Below are positions 17,676 through 28,100 of a DNA stretch of 57,770 bases, in pieces. Under the pieces are notes generated by a model that saw only the letters and a program-made list of their open reading frames with translations, made no database searches and was not told the DNA's origin. The position numbers and the translations under genes are program-made. Location of the stretch: positions 1 through 57,770 of IMG/VR virus record IMGVR_UViG_3300030090_003001. The stretch is one strand, 5' to 3'. This DNA comes from a virus. Lineage: Duplodnaviria > Caudoviricetes. The stretch's first letter is position 1, and each line of letters begins with the position of its first letter.

Positions 17676-17863
17676 TGAGTAGGTTTGTAAAGACCTCTGA
17701 CAATCAAAATGAAACTAAGTGGAACATTCGTGATACTGAGTTCTTATTACGTTTGATAATGTCTTCAAAAATAGATGGGGCAGACATAGAACAAGCATCA
17801 AGCGTTTTAAGTAAAATAAAAGACATACATAAACAAATAGTAGGTACAGAAGTAAATGGCTAA
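17675..17863 (+). CDS. Small hypothetical protein (possible fibre chaperone)
   Basis: Coupled to both neighbours. Confidence 0.6.
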   Translation: MSRFVKTSDNQNETKWNIRDTEFLLRLIMSSKIDGADIEQASSVLSKIKDIHKQIVGTEVNG

Positions 17864-18842
17864 TTGGAAAAAGATATTTAAAGATGGAGAAGATTTAGTT
17901 ATAACTGGTGCTGTCGGTGGTACTAGAAAAATAAATGCTTCATATACAAATGCTGTTGGCAGCACTGGTGCAAATCTACAAATAGATGCTGGTGGTGGTC
18001 ACATTAACGATGGTGAATTAAGATTAGGTGCAAACAATACAAATAAAATTGTAGCTACTCCTTTAGTTGAATATGCATCTAATCTCACTTTTAATGATGA
18101 AAAACAGTTAATATCTAAAAAGTATGCAGATGAGTTAGTAGAAAATACTACAACAGCAAATACAAGTTCTGGCGCAATACCGCAAACTGATAAGTTATTA
18201 ATTTATAGAACTGACGAAACTGGTCAAAAATCTATGGAAATTGACCACTTTTTTGAAGAATATACTAATATTAACGAAAGCACTGTTAGAGATAGAACTT
18301 TTAAATTAAACGGTAATGCCCTTTTGCAAGCGCCTAATCATTGGCAAATTAATGAAGTTGCCCACAGAGTTAATGCATCATCATTAAATGCTTATTATGG
18401 TGTAGATACTTCTGGAACTGCTACTAAAATATCTACTATAACTGGCACAACAGACACAACTGCATATTGGTGGCAATTAGATAGAGCTAGTACTTTAATA
18501 GGGAAAAAATCACATTTAAACAACATAAGAGTAGTTAGCTCTAATAGTGGAACATCTGCTAATTACGATGTAGATGTTTGGAAAGTAAGCGCTGCTGCTT
18601 TAGACAGTTCTTTAGCAACAAGTGCTATAATGACTATTGAGCATATTCATAATTGGGCTGAAACACCAACAGCAGCAAGTAAAATGATTCAAAGATTACA
18701 TACACCATCTAGTGATGTTCTTTTTGAGGCTGGTGATAGGCTTATGGTAACTATACAAAGAACAAGTAGCCCAGCAGTAGCAAACCCGGGAAGATATTTA
18801 TATTATGGATACACAGCAAGTTTTACGGAATATATGGGATAA
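17856..18842 (+). CDS. Fibre/spike-like structural protein
   Basis: N-terminus MANWKKI parallels MAQWKQI of 16650; beta-rich C-terminus. Confidence 0.65.
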   Translation: MANWKKIFKDGEDLVITGAVGGTRKINASYTNAVGSTGANLQIDAGGGHINDGELRLGANNTNKIVATPLVEYASNLTFNDEKQLISKKYADELVENTTTANTSSGAIPQTDKLLIYRTDETGQKSMEIDHFFEEYTNINESTVRDRTFKLNGNALLQAPNHWQINEVAHRVNASSLNAYYGVDTSGTATKISTITGTTDTTAYWWQLDRASTLIGKKSHLNNIRVVSSNSGTSANYDVDVWKVSAAALDSSLATSAIMTIEHIHNWAETPTAASKMIQRLHTPSSDVLFEAGDRLMVTIQRTSSPAVANPGRYLYYGYTASFTEYMG

Positions 18843-18851
18843 GGAAATGAA

Positions 18852-19325
18852 ATGGCAAATTTAGATAAATTAGATTGGACAATAGATTCAGATAAACAAG
18901 CAAAATTAGACAAAGGTGAGTATGTTGAAGATTTGACATCTGTAAATCCAGAAATACTATTGTTATATACAAAATTAAATGAATCATTAGATAAGTCAAA
19001 TGTGCATATTTCAGATATAGCTAGTATGAAATCAGATATATCTTCTAATAATGCTAAAACTGGTATTACTACAACTCAAGCAGACGCTATAACTGCAAAT
19101 ACTGCTAAAACGGGCATAACTACCACGCAATCAACACAACTTTCAAATTTAAATGCGGGAAGAGCATCAAGTGTAGCCACTAATATAAAAAATGTAACCG
19201 CACAAATTACACAAATAGTAAATGTAAATGCAAAAACGGGTGCTGCAACATTAAATAGCACTATACTTTTATCAAATGGTACTAGATATACATTATCACA
19301 AACACTAACAAAGGTTAGCAAATAA
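18852..19325 (+). CDS. Fibre-like protein with NAKTGITTTQ repeat
   Basis: Two N(N/T)AKTGITTTQ repeats. Confidence 0.65.
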   Translation: MANLDKLDWTIDSDKQAKLDKGEYVEDLTSVNPEILLLYTKLNESLDKSNVHISDIASMKSDISSNNAKTGITTTQADAITANTAKTGITTTQSTQLSNLNAGRASSVATNIKNVTAQITQIVNVNAKTGAATLNSTILLSNGTRYTLSQTLTKVSK

Positions 19326-19486
19326 TGGCTAAAACAAAAATTGATTGGGAATATTTACAAAGTTTAAATTCATTAAATAGAAAATATGAAATGAAAAGAA
19401 TTGCAGATAAGATTAAGAAGGAAAAAGAAGAAGAAGAAAAAATGAAACTTAAAAAAACAACAGTATGGAGGGAACCAGATGTATAA
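19325..19486 (+). CDS. Small charged protein (53 aa, not in ORF track)
   Basis: TAATG coupling; MAKTKIDWEYLQ...; overlaps the endolysin start. Confidence 0.55.
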   Translation: MAKTKIDWEYLQSLNSLNRKYEMKRIADKIKKEKEEEEKMKLKKTTVWREPDV

Positions 19487-19871
19487 ATTCGGAAAAAGAA
19501 GCAGAGAGGCATTGGCAACTTGTCACCCAGATTTACAAAAAGTATTGAATGAGGTGATTAAGTATGTTGATTGCTCTGTATTGGAAGGACATAGAAGTGC
19601 TGAAAGACAAGATAAATTATTTGAAGAAGGTAAAACTAAAGTTAAATATCCAAACGGTCGTCATAATGCTAGTCCAAGTAGGGCTGTTGATGTTACTCCT
19701 TATCCTATTGATTGGGATGATAGAGAGCGTCAAACATTATTTGCCGGATTTGTTTTAGGTATTGCCCGCCAGATGGGAGTAAAACTAAGATGGGGAGGAG
19801 ATTGGGATATGGATTTTCAAGTTGTTGATAATCGATTCGATGATTTTCCTCATTTTGAGATAAGGAAATAA
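19479..19871 (+). CDS. Endolysin, M15 family L-Ala-D-Glu-type peptidase
   Basis: EGHRS..RQ, GRHN..SRAVDV, LRWGGDW, DFPHFE. Confidence 0.92.
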   Translation: MYKFGKRSREALATCHPDLQKVLNEVIKYVDCSVLEGHRSAERQDKLFEEGKTKVKYPNGRHNASPSRAVDVTPYPIDWDDRERQTLFAGFVLGIARQMGVKLRWGGDWDMDFQVVDNRFDDFPHFEIRK

Positions 19872-19872
19872 A

Positions 19873-20064
19873 ATGAAAGAAGCAGTAGTAGACTCTCTTA
19901 AAACAGTTAGCGTTAGTTCTGGTGGCGTATTTGTAACTTGGATAGAATGGTTGCCAATCACTGTAAGAATTGCAGTAGGAATAGCAACTATATCTTACCT
20001 TTATTACAAGATATTAAACGAGAAACTAACATATGAAGAAAAAAAAGCAACCAAAAAAAGCTAA
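19873..20064 (+). CDS. Holin-like membrane protein
   Basis: Hydrophobic segment plus basic C-terminus, adjacent to the endolysin. Confidence 0.55.
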   Translation: MKEAVVDSLKTVSVSSGGVFVTWIEWLPITVRIAVGIATISYLYYKILNEKLTYEEKKATKKS

Positions 20065-20830
20065 TTTAGTTAAAAGAGCAATAGTAACGCCGGACAAACA
20101 TTTTCCCTACGAAGATAAACCGGCAATAAAAGCGTTATGCAAAGCTATAGAATTTGTTAAACCAGAAATTTATATTGATTTAGGTGATATAGGTGAATGG
20201 GAGCATTTCTCAGCTTGGAAATATAAAAGAAAAAAGAAACCACCATTAGAGCATATGATACCAGACTTAGAGACTGATATTATAGATGTTAATCGTGGGT
20301 TTGACCAAATAGACGAAGCTTTAGATAAAGCTGGTTGCAAAGACAAATATATAACCGAAGGCAATCACGATAACTGGTTAAATATGTTTGTAGAATCACA
20401 TCCATATGTCTCAAAATATAAGTTTGCAATAGCTTGTAAATTAAAAGAAAGAGGTTATAATTATTATCCCTTCGGAAAACATTTAAAAATTGGTAAATTA
20501 TACTATTATCACGGTCATCAGTATGGGGGTCAATACCACACTGCTAACCACTTAAGAAAATTAGGCTGCAATGTTATGTATGGCCATTGGCACGATTTAC
20601 AGCATATGACTGCGACTCATATGGATGGGCCAAAAGCAGCTTGGAGCATAGGATGCTTAAAAGATATGTCTCCACAGTCTAATGAATGGTTATCAAATAG
20701 GAGAATAAACTGGGCGCACGCTTTTGCAATAGTTGAATATTACGACAGAGGTAACTTTACAGTTAATGTAGTTCAAATAATCAACGGTAAATGCTCATTA
20801 TGGGGACATCTAATAGATGGGAATAAATAA
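20033..20830 (+). CDS. Calcineurin-like metallophosphoesterase
   Basis: PDKH, LGD, EGNHD, HGH, GHWH motifs. Confidence 0.9.
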   Translation: MKKKKQPKKANLVKRAIVTPDKHFPYEDKPAIKALCKAIEFVKPEIYIDLGDIGEWEHFSAWKYKRKKKPPLEHMIPDLETDIIDVNRGFDQIDEALDKAGCKDKYITEGNHDNWLNMFVESHPYVSKYKFAIACKLKERGYNYYPFGKHLKIGKLYYYHGHQYGGQYHTANHLRKLGCNVMYGHWHDLQHMTATHMDGPKAAWSIGCLKDMSPQSNEWLSNRRINWAHAFAIVEYYDRGNFTVNVVQIINGKCSLWGHLIDGNK

Positions 20831-20844
20831 ACATATGAGGAAAA

Positions 20845-21213
20845 ATGGAAGAAGAAATACAAAAACTTATAGGCGAATATGGCTGGATGTTTGCAGCTGG
20901 TGCCGCAGTTTTGTTCTTTCGTTCTGCAATAGAGGGTGTTGTCGAAGGTTTAAAGGTATTTTTAGGAAATGATTTAAATACCGATGATGTTGTAACTATT
21001 AATGACAGACCAGCTAGAGTTGTGCGAGTAGGAATATTTAAAACTATATTCTTTATTTACAACATAGGCTGCGCAAATGGAAAACCTTATGTTAAAGGCG
21101 GAAGTAAAATGGCAATACAGAATGATAAATTAAAAGAGTATATAATAGAAAAACCACTACCTATGTTAGATTTGACTAAATGGGAGACAGAATGTGAAAA
21201 AGAGGAAGAGTAA
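20845..21213 (+). CDS. Minimal MscS-like membrane protein
   Basis: TM helix, then FRSAIEGVVEGL..FL...LNTDDVVTINDRPARVVRVGIFKT, resembling MscS TM3b and the beta domain. Confidence 0.6.
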   Translation: MEEEIQKLIGEYGWMFAAGAAVLFFRSAIEGVVEGLKVFLGNDLNTDDVVTINDRPARVVRVGIFKTIFFIYNIGCANGKPYVKGGSKMAIQNDKLKEYIIEKPLPMLDLTKWETECEKEEE

Positions 21214-21389
21214 TGGTACAAGCGTTATTAGTTAAATTAGTATTTAAAAAAATTATGGAAGCAATTGAAAAAGCTGATGATAAGCGTATTGCAAGTAATC
21301 ACGAAAAAAGAATTAAAAAATTAGAAAAAATGGCACATCCTAAAAGAGATATAATATGTAAGGGATGCAAAGATAAAGGTTCTAAATAA
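21213..21389 (+). CDS. Small hypothetical protein (not in ORF track)
   Basis: TAATG coupling at both ends; MVQALLVKLVFKK...CKGC. Confidence 0.65.
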   Translation: MVQALLVKLVFKKIMEAIEKADDKRIASNHEKRIKKLEKMAHPKRDIICKGCKDKGSK

Positions 21390-21613
21390 TGGGTCTTCAA
21401 AACGCAACAGTACAAGAAAGAGCTGCATTAAGAAGGTCTAAAAGACGTTCTAATAGCCCAGAATATAATGAAAATGAAAGACTTAGACATATAGAGCAAA
21501 GATTAGTACAGATTGAACAAAGAATTAAAAAAATTGAAGATAAAATTGTCAAAGTAGCAGCAGTTACAAAAGATAGATTTGGCAAGCAAGTAATAATAAC
21601 TACTAAAAAATAA
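21389..21613 (+). CDS. Hypothetical coiled-coil protein
   Basis: Coupled ORF. Confidence 0.65.
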   Translation: MGLQNATVQERAALRRSKRRSNSPEYNENERLRHIEQRLVQIEQRIKKIEDKIVKVAAVTKDRFGKQVIITTKK

Positions 21614-21628
21614 CAAAGGAGAAATCAA

Positions 21629-22036
21629 ATGGCAAATATGTATGCCAAGAAAAAAGGCAGCAAAACTAAACTGTCTGCGGCTGGCAAAAAACAAAAATCG
21701 ATTGATAAATTAGCTAAAAAAAGAAATGCAGCAGCTAAAAAAGCTAAAACAAGAAAGACTAAATTAGGTCGTTCTTTAGCTGCAAGAAAACAAGCAAGAT
21801 TACAAAACAAAATAAACAAAAAAAGTGGCGTTAAAAAGAAAACAACTGCTAAAAAAATAACAGCAAAGAATAAAAAGAACGCTTCTTTTAAAAAGGCTTC
21901 AGCAGCAGCGAAGAAAAGTGGAACATCTATAAGCGCATTAGTAGCTAAAAGAAAAACACTTAAAAAAGGCTCTGCAGCATACAAAAAAGTTCAAAATCAA
22001 ATAAACAAACACTACGGTGTTAAAAAAAGACACTAG
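21629..22036 (+). CDS. Histone H1-like Lys/Ala-rich basic protein
   Basis: K/A-dominated sequence with a single acidic residue; AAGGAG RBS. Confidence 0.75.
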   Translation: MANMYAKKKGSKTKLSAAGKKQKSIDKLAKKRNAAAKKAKTRKTKLGRSLAARKQARLQNKINKKSGVKKKTTAKKITAKNKKNASFKKASAAAKKSGTSISALVAKRKTLKKGSAAYKKVQNQINKHYGVKKRH

Positions 22037-22044
22037 GAGGTAAA

Positions 22045-22218
22045 ATGAAACAACTTATAGCAGATTACATCTTTAATGATGAAATGAAAGATAAAATCAT
22101 AGATGCTTTAAATGAAAATATTGATATTCCAATTATAAGTGAAAAAACGGAAGAAAAAATATTAACAGCTATTTATGATTCTGTAGAAGAAGTTATCAAG
22201 GCTAAAATCTTAGAATAA
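22045..22218 (+). CDS. Small acidic protein (57 aa, not in ORF track)
   Basis: AGGAGG RBS; MKQLIADYIFND...NIDIPIISEKTEEKI; TAATG coupling. Confidence 0.75.
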   Translation: MKQLIADYIFNDEMKDKIIDALNENIDIPIISEKTEEKILTAIYDSVEEVIKAKILE

Positions 22219-25133
22219 TGCCGAAACAAGTTCAAATATTAAAAGAGTTTGATGGCGGATTAAATTCATTCGCTGGGACTCGTGATATATCTGATAAGGA
22301 ATGCTCTTCTGTTAACGGATTTAAAGTTCGTAAAATAGGAGAGCTACTTCCCTTAGGTGGATTTATTGCAATAGGCGATACAATTATAGATGATATTGCT
22401 GACCAACTTAATGGTAGTGCTGACGTTAGATTTGATAATGGAGCTGCAGTATTTGAGTTTACTGCTGACCACACAAGAGACAATACAGAAGCTTCAGATA
22501 GATGGTTAATATTTGTAGATAAAAATGATGGTAAGGTTTTTATACACGCTCAATCTAGCTCCCCAAAAGCTTGGGAGTTTTTAGACCCAGATAATATATC
22601 TGAATTTAAAGGAATTGATGGGATTTTATGTAATTCTGGTAATATGACTGCTTACGATGGAAGAGAAGCATCCTATTATTTTGTAGATGGTAAATTAAGA
22701 ATATGTGACCCTAATTATAATAATGCTACTTATATTGGTGACCAGTCAAGTTCGCACGGTGCTTCATCTTTATGGTTTGGACACATTAATAAAGGATTCT
22801 TAGCTAATACAGTGCCAGTAAATCATTGGCATTGTTTGCCCGCAGCAGTTCCTAAGCCTATAGTAGGTTCTGGAAATGCCACTAATTTTTATGAAACACC
22901 TACCTTTGATACTGGAGCTGGTGGCCCAGATGTAAATCCGGGGCAATTTGGTTTAAATATTAATATACAAAGAGATAAAGGTGATGGCACTTTACAATTT
23001 CAAGGAAGAAAACTATATATAACATACACAATAGATGGTGTTCAAGAAACATTACCGGTTCCTCTGACAACTATAACAGATGCAAACCTACCATCAGCAC
23101 CTACTAATAGTAGTTTAGGGTATGAACAATTAACTTCACAAGCAGTCCCATTTGGTCAAGAAAATATACCTCTAGTTAATGATGTAAGAACTCTATCTGG
23201 CAGTGAAAAAGCGTGGGATACTGCCGGTACAGTGACAGTAACTGATGCAGTTGGTTTAACGCAAACTTTAATGTATACAGCTATAGTAGATGGAACATCT
23301 GGATTAAATAACAATGGTGCTTCAACATTAGCTGGAGTAACTGGTTGGGTAGATAACGGGGCTTGTTCTATAAATAATGTTGTAGATAGTATACAATTAA
23401 CTAATCCGGGTTCTGGGTATGGAACAACACCTCCAACGGTAACTATTAGTGGCGGCAGCCCAGATACAAATGCAACTGCAGTAGCAGTTTTAGATAATGG
23501 TGCTGTTGATTATATAACTGTAACAAACCCGGGTGATGGATTTGAAAGTGTTCCAACAGTTACTATATCTGGCGGTGCTACAGCTATTGCAACTATAACT
23601 GGAACATTAGCATCTGAAAATTATTGCGTACAAAGCGGTGGTACTTGGGATGAATCAAATTTAGCGTCTGGCAGCACAGTAACTTTTGATGCTCCCGGAG
23701 AAATAGAGCAAAAAGATGAAAATTTAGGAGTATCATTTACTTTAACAATTAAACCTCACGATTGGGTTGATGCGAATAATTGGGGTACAACATTATTAGA
23801 CCCTAAAGAAGGCGGAAACAGAATAACGCACGTTAATATATATTCTAATAAATATGAAGATGATTTAGCAACTATCCCACAATCTGAAGATATGGCTTTT
23901 ATGTGTTCTTTTGATTTAGAAAATGGATTTAAAAAACCAGATGGTACATTTACAGCTTGGGTAACAGATAGTTCATTAGCTTCTGGAACACATAATGACC
24001 AAAAATCAACATTTACATCTTTTATAGGTTCTTTGTTAGATGATAATTACCAAACAAGAACTGGAATGTTTCCAGACACTAACTCAACAGATATAAGATG
24101 GTTAGATGCTGTTGTAGTCAATAGAAGAGTTTATGCTGGTAATGTTATGTGTAAAGACGAAACTGGTAGCTATAAAGCATTTCCAGACAAAGTTTTAAAA
24201 TCCATTCCTAACTCATTTGACTCATTTCCATTGTATGATTCTTTAGATGTAGTAGTTGATGATGGTGATGAAATAACTGGTTTAGAAAGCTGGGGTGGTA
24301 AATTATTGCAATTTAAAAAACAAGCTATGTATTTAATAGATATAACTTCTGAACCAGAATTTTTAGCTGCTACTTTTAAATATCGAGGCATACCAACAAA
24401 AAATGCTAAAGCTAAGACAGATGAAGGAGTTGCATTCGCTAATGCTAATGGAGTATTTATGTTTAATGGAGAGTCAATGTCAAGACTAAGTAAAGGTAAA
24501 ATAGACACTGATTGGCAATCATTTTATGATGAAAATATTATTATGGGTTTTGAGCCTAAAAATCAATGCGTTATAATATCGAACAATACAGACACTTTTT
24601 TCGTATATGATATGATGACTAAGTCTTGGACTAAAGGTGATGGAAATAGGCATTTAAACGCTAATAAATCTAACTTTGTGATATATAATGACGAATTAGT
24701 ACAAGGTGGAGTGCAAAGTGATGGTTCAGTTAAATTTTACAAATATTCTGAAGACTACGCAACAACTATGGGTGCTAATGGCGTAACAGACCAATGGACA
24801 TCAAAAGAAATAGATTTTGGTAATCCTACTAACGATTCTTTTGTTTATAATATTAAACTAACATATAAAGCAACTGCTGAAACTGGAGTTGAGGTTTTAT
24901 TTGTATCTAATGATGGAACTGGCGAAACTACACATAATACAAGTATGTCAAATGGTACAGTATTGCCTACAGCTAGTAATGGTAATAATACAATAGAAAT
25001 AAAAGCAACTGATGGTGTTATAAAATGTAAAACATTTAAAATAATAATAAGGGAGGCAGCTAACGATACTATACACGACTCTTTTGTTATTACGGATATG
25101 GCAGTAATATATAGAGATAAAAGGATTAGGTAA
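22218..25133 (+). CDS. Tail nozzle/stabilisation protein (P22 gp10 / T7 gp12-like)
   Basis: EFDGGLNS N-terminus; beta-propeller-like DGDEITGLESWGGKLLQFK; WTSKEIDFG C-terminal motif. Confidence 0.75.
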   Translation: MPKQVQILKEFDGGLNSFAGTRDISDKECSSVNGFKVRKIGELLPLGGFIAIGDTIIDDIADQLNGSADVRFDNGAAVFEFTADHTRDNTEASDRWLIFVDKNDGKVFIHAQSSSPKAWEFLDPDNISEFKGIDGILCNSGNMTAYDGREASYYFVDGKLRICDPNYNNATYIGDQSSSHGASSLWFGHINKGFLANTVPVNHWHCLPAAVPKPIVGSGNATNFYETPTFDTGAGGPDVNPGQFGLNINIQRDKGDGTLQFQGRKLYITYTIDGVQETLPVPLTTITDANLPSAPTNSSLGYEQLTSQAVPFGQENIPLVNDVRTLSGSEKAWDTAGTVTVTDAVGLTQTLMYTAIVDGTSGLNNNGASTLAGVTGWVDNGACSINNVVDSIQLTNPGSGYGTTPPTVTISGGSPDTNATAVAVLDNGAVDYITVTNPGDGFESVPTVTISGGATAIATITGTLASENYCVQSGGTWDESNLASGSTVTFDAPGEIEQKDENLGVSFTLTIKPHDWVDANNWGTTLLDPKEGGNRITHVNIYSNKYEDDLATIPQSEDMAFMCSFDLENGFKKPDGTFTAWVTDSSLASGTHNDQKSTFTSFIGSLLDDNYQTRTGMFPDTNSTDIRWLDAVVVNRRVYAGNVMCKDETGSYKAFPDKVLKSIPNSFDSFPLYDSLDVVVDDGDEITGLESWGGKLLQFKKQAMYLIDITSEPEFLAATFKYRGIPTKNAKAKTDEGVAFANANGVFMFNGESMSRLSKGKIDTDWQSFYDENIIMGFEPKNQCVIISNNTDTFFVYDMMTKSWTKGDGNRHLNANKSNFVIYNDELVQGGVQSDGSVKFYKYSEDYATTMGANGVTDQWTSKEIDFGNPTNDSFVYNIKLTYKATAETGVEVLFVSNDGTGETTHNTSMSNGTVLPTASNGNNTIEIKATDGVIKCKTFKIIIREAANDTIHDSFVITDMAVIYRDKRIR

Positions 25134-28100
25134 TGCCAATATCACAACCTAAGATATTGTTTAAAGATGGTTTGCCTCAAGCCAATCAAGGTTATGAAGG
25201 GGAAATGAGAGTTGGTCGTGCAAATGGTCAACTTCATCTATTTGTAAGAACTAAAAACGAATGGCATTCTGTACCATTTACTAGCGAGTTAGGAAAAACA
25301 TTAGCTAGTGAAGTTACAGCTATAACGCTTAAAGAAACCCAAATAAATCAACAGACTATATCTAATATTATATGTGATACTATAAAGGTCAATAATAATT
25401 TACAAGATTCATCTGGAAATCCAATAGATTCAGCTACATTAGTAGCACATCCAAGTGACGCAACACAAGCTCATTCAGACTACCTTAAAAACACAACTGC
25501 AGAGCAATTAGACGGAGCCTTAATTATAACTGGAGGTTCTTCCTTAGCGGCTTCAGCAGAACATATCCTTAAATCAGTTAGCTCTATGTCAAGTACTAAT
25601 GTATTTTTTGTAGGCAATCCAGATTATAGTTCTGGAGGAGGCAATCCTTATGCTAAGAAAAGTGGTTTCTATGTATCTCCGGGTAATTTAGAAGGAATAT
25701 TCCATATAGGCACAACTAGTGGTCAAGACTTTGTTTTAGATGACTCCGGTTTATTAAAAGTTGAAGACATTACTGTAACTGATGATATTACATTAAGCGG
25801 CAATCTTATACACGGGTCTACAGATGTTTTATATTCACAAAATAACAGCATACGATTACTAGTAGATGAAATAAGTACAGATGGCGGCAACACTTGGGGG
25901 GAATTATATCCAGCACAACAACCAACAGATACTAATAGAATAGCATTTTCTGGGGGCAATCCAGCTACATCTGGCAACCCAATACAAGCAGATTTAGTAA
26001 GTAATTCAGTAACAAATACATATCTTTCAATGAATGTAGACCAAGATGTAGGGACAACTAATACACCGCAGTTTGAAAGATTAGGTATAGGTATTGCTGC
26101 TGACGGAACTATTGATGTTAACATAAGTTCAACAGACCCAAAAGTGCAGTTTAAAGATGAAACAAACAATAGTACTGCATCTATAGGTTTAACTTCTGGA
26201 ACATTAAATTTAAACACGCCTACAGCTATATCTACAACAGACAACAAATCAGTAGGTAGCGAAACATTTACACCGGGATATACTGGAACTGGTTACCAAA
26301 TTACACAGCTAGGTAGTGACAAATATAGAATTGAATGTGAAGAATTAACAGTTCGTGGACAAATGAATGTTTATGAAATGGTGATTAATCAAATAAGAGC
26401 TACTAATGGTTCTTTATTTGTTACCTCTTCAGCTGTAATAGATTCCATTGAAACAGTTAATACAGATTATGTAAAAATAACTTTTGATTCTAAAGATGCG
26501 GATTATCATCCATTTGCTGATGATGATATATGCATTTATCAGACTTGGGATACTAATGGAAACAATGCAGTTAGATATTTTATAAAAGTAACAGACCACG
26601 ATGTTTACGATAATAATCAACTTAAAGGTCAAGTATATAATACAACTGGCGACCTACAAACTGGAAATGATGTTGATACTGCTGTTGGTAACATAAGTGC
26701 TGGTAAAGCTTTATGTAGAATAGGTAATTCATCTGATAGCGCAAGACAAGGTGGAGTATACTTAACGTCAGATGATAGTGGCGCTCCATTTGTAAGTGTA
26801 TGGGATGATATAACAGCTCCAAACCAGTGGGGAACAGCCGATAAAGAAAAAGCAAGATTTGGTAATATAGGAGGCATATCATACAATGGAAGCTCTATAC
26901 CCGCTAACACTTATGGCTTATATGCTGAAAATGTACATTTAACGGGTAAAATTACAGCAACTGAGGGTTATATAGGAAGTGTAGCAGCTGGTTGGGCTAT
27001 AGACCAATATGGTATTATAAATTCAAGCGGAAATGCAGATAATAGAATTGCTATAGGAACTGGTAATCACAACAATTCAGATACTCCATTTTATGTAGAT
27101 GGTGCTGGTAAATTTAGTTTAAAAGACAAACTAGTGTGGGATGGAAGCAATTTATCAATAACTGGTTCAGTAACCTTACCTAATAATGAAGAAGTAGTTG
27201 GCCCCGGTATGACTTGGAGAGGTGCTTGGAATGAGAATACAACATATGCAAAATATGATGCGGTAAGTTATGATGATGGTAACGGAGTTAGGTCTTGGAT
27301 TTCAGAAGACAATAACAATACAAACAATATACCTAGCACTACATCTAATGACTGGGATTTATTAGCAGATGCTGGTACTGATGGAACAGATGGTCAAGAT
27401 GGAACGTCTGGTAATGATGGAAATCCCGGAGACTATATAAAATACGCTTATGCTACACAAGCAACTCAACCATCTGCCCCTACATTTGGTGGAACTTATG
27501 ATAGCCCTACTGTATCTGGTAGTGGTTGGTCTTTTAATATGTCTGCCCCGTCAAATGGTACTTTTGTATGGGTTTCTGAGACTACATATGATTACACAAG
27601 CGGAGCATCACCAACTACTGGTTCAACTCCTATACAGCTATCGGGTAATGATGGAACAGATGGACAAGACGGTACAGATGGCCAAGATGGCGCTGATGGT
27701 GCTAACGGTCAAGACGGAGCTGATGGAGCTAATGGTCAAGATGGTGCTGACGGACAAGATGGTGCTGATGGACAAGATGGAATTGATGGGCAAGATGGTG
27801 TAGACGGTGTTGATGGTAAGGATGGTGAAGCATTAACGTGGAGGTATAATAACTGGATTAACTTAGCAGCTTCTGCTGGTAGGTGGATGACACAAAATCA
27901 AGATGGCAATTATCATCAATTAGATGTAGGACAAAATGGTACTATAATAATTAACAGAGAAGATGCTGACGGGAATAGACACGATAATAGTTTAGCAGCT
28001 ATGAGAACTGGAGATAGATTTCAAATAACTTTGATAGAAGGTTCACAAAGTGGTTCTTTTGGTTTATATGAAGTAACCGGAGCATCAACTGCTGTAATGA

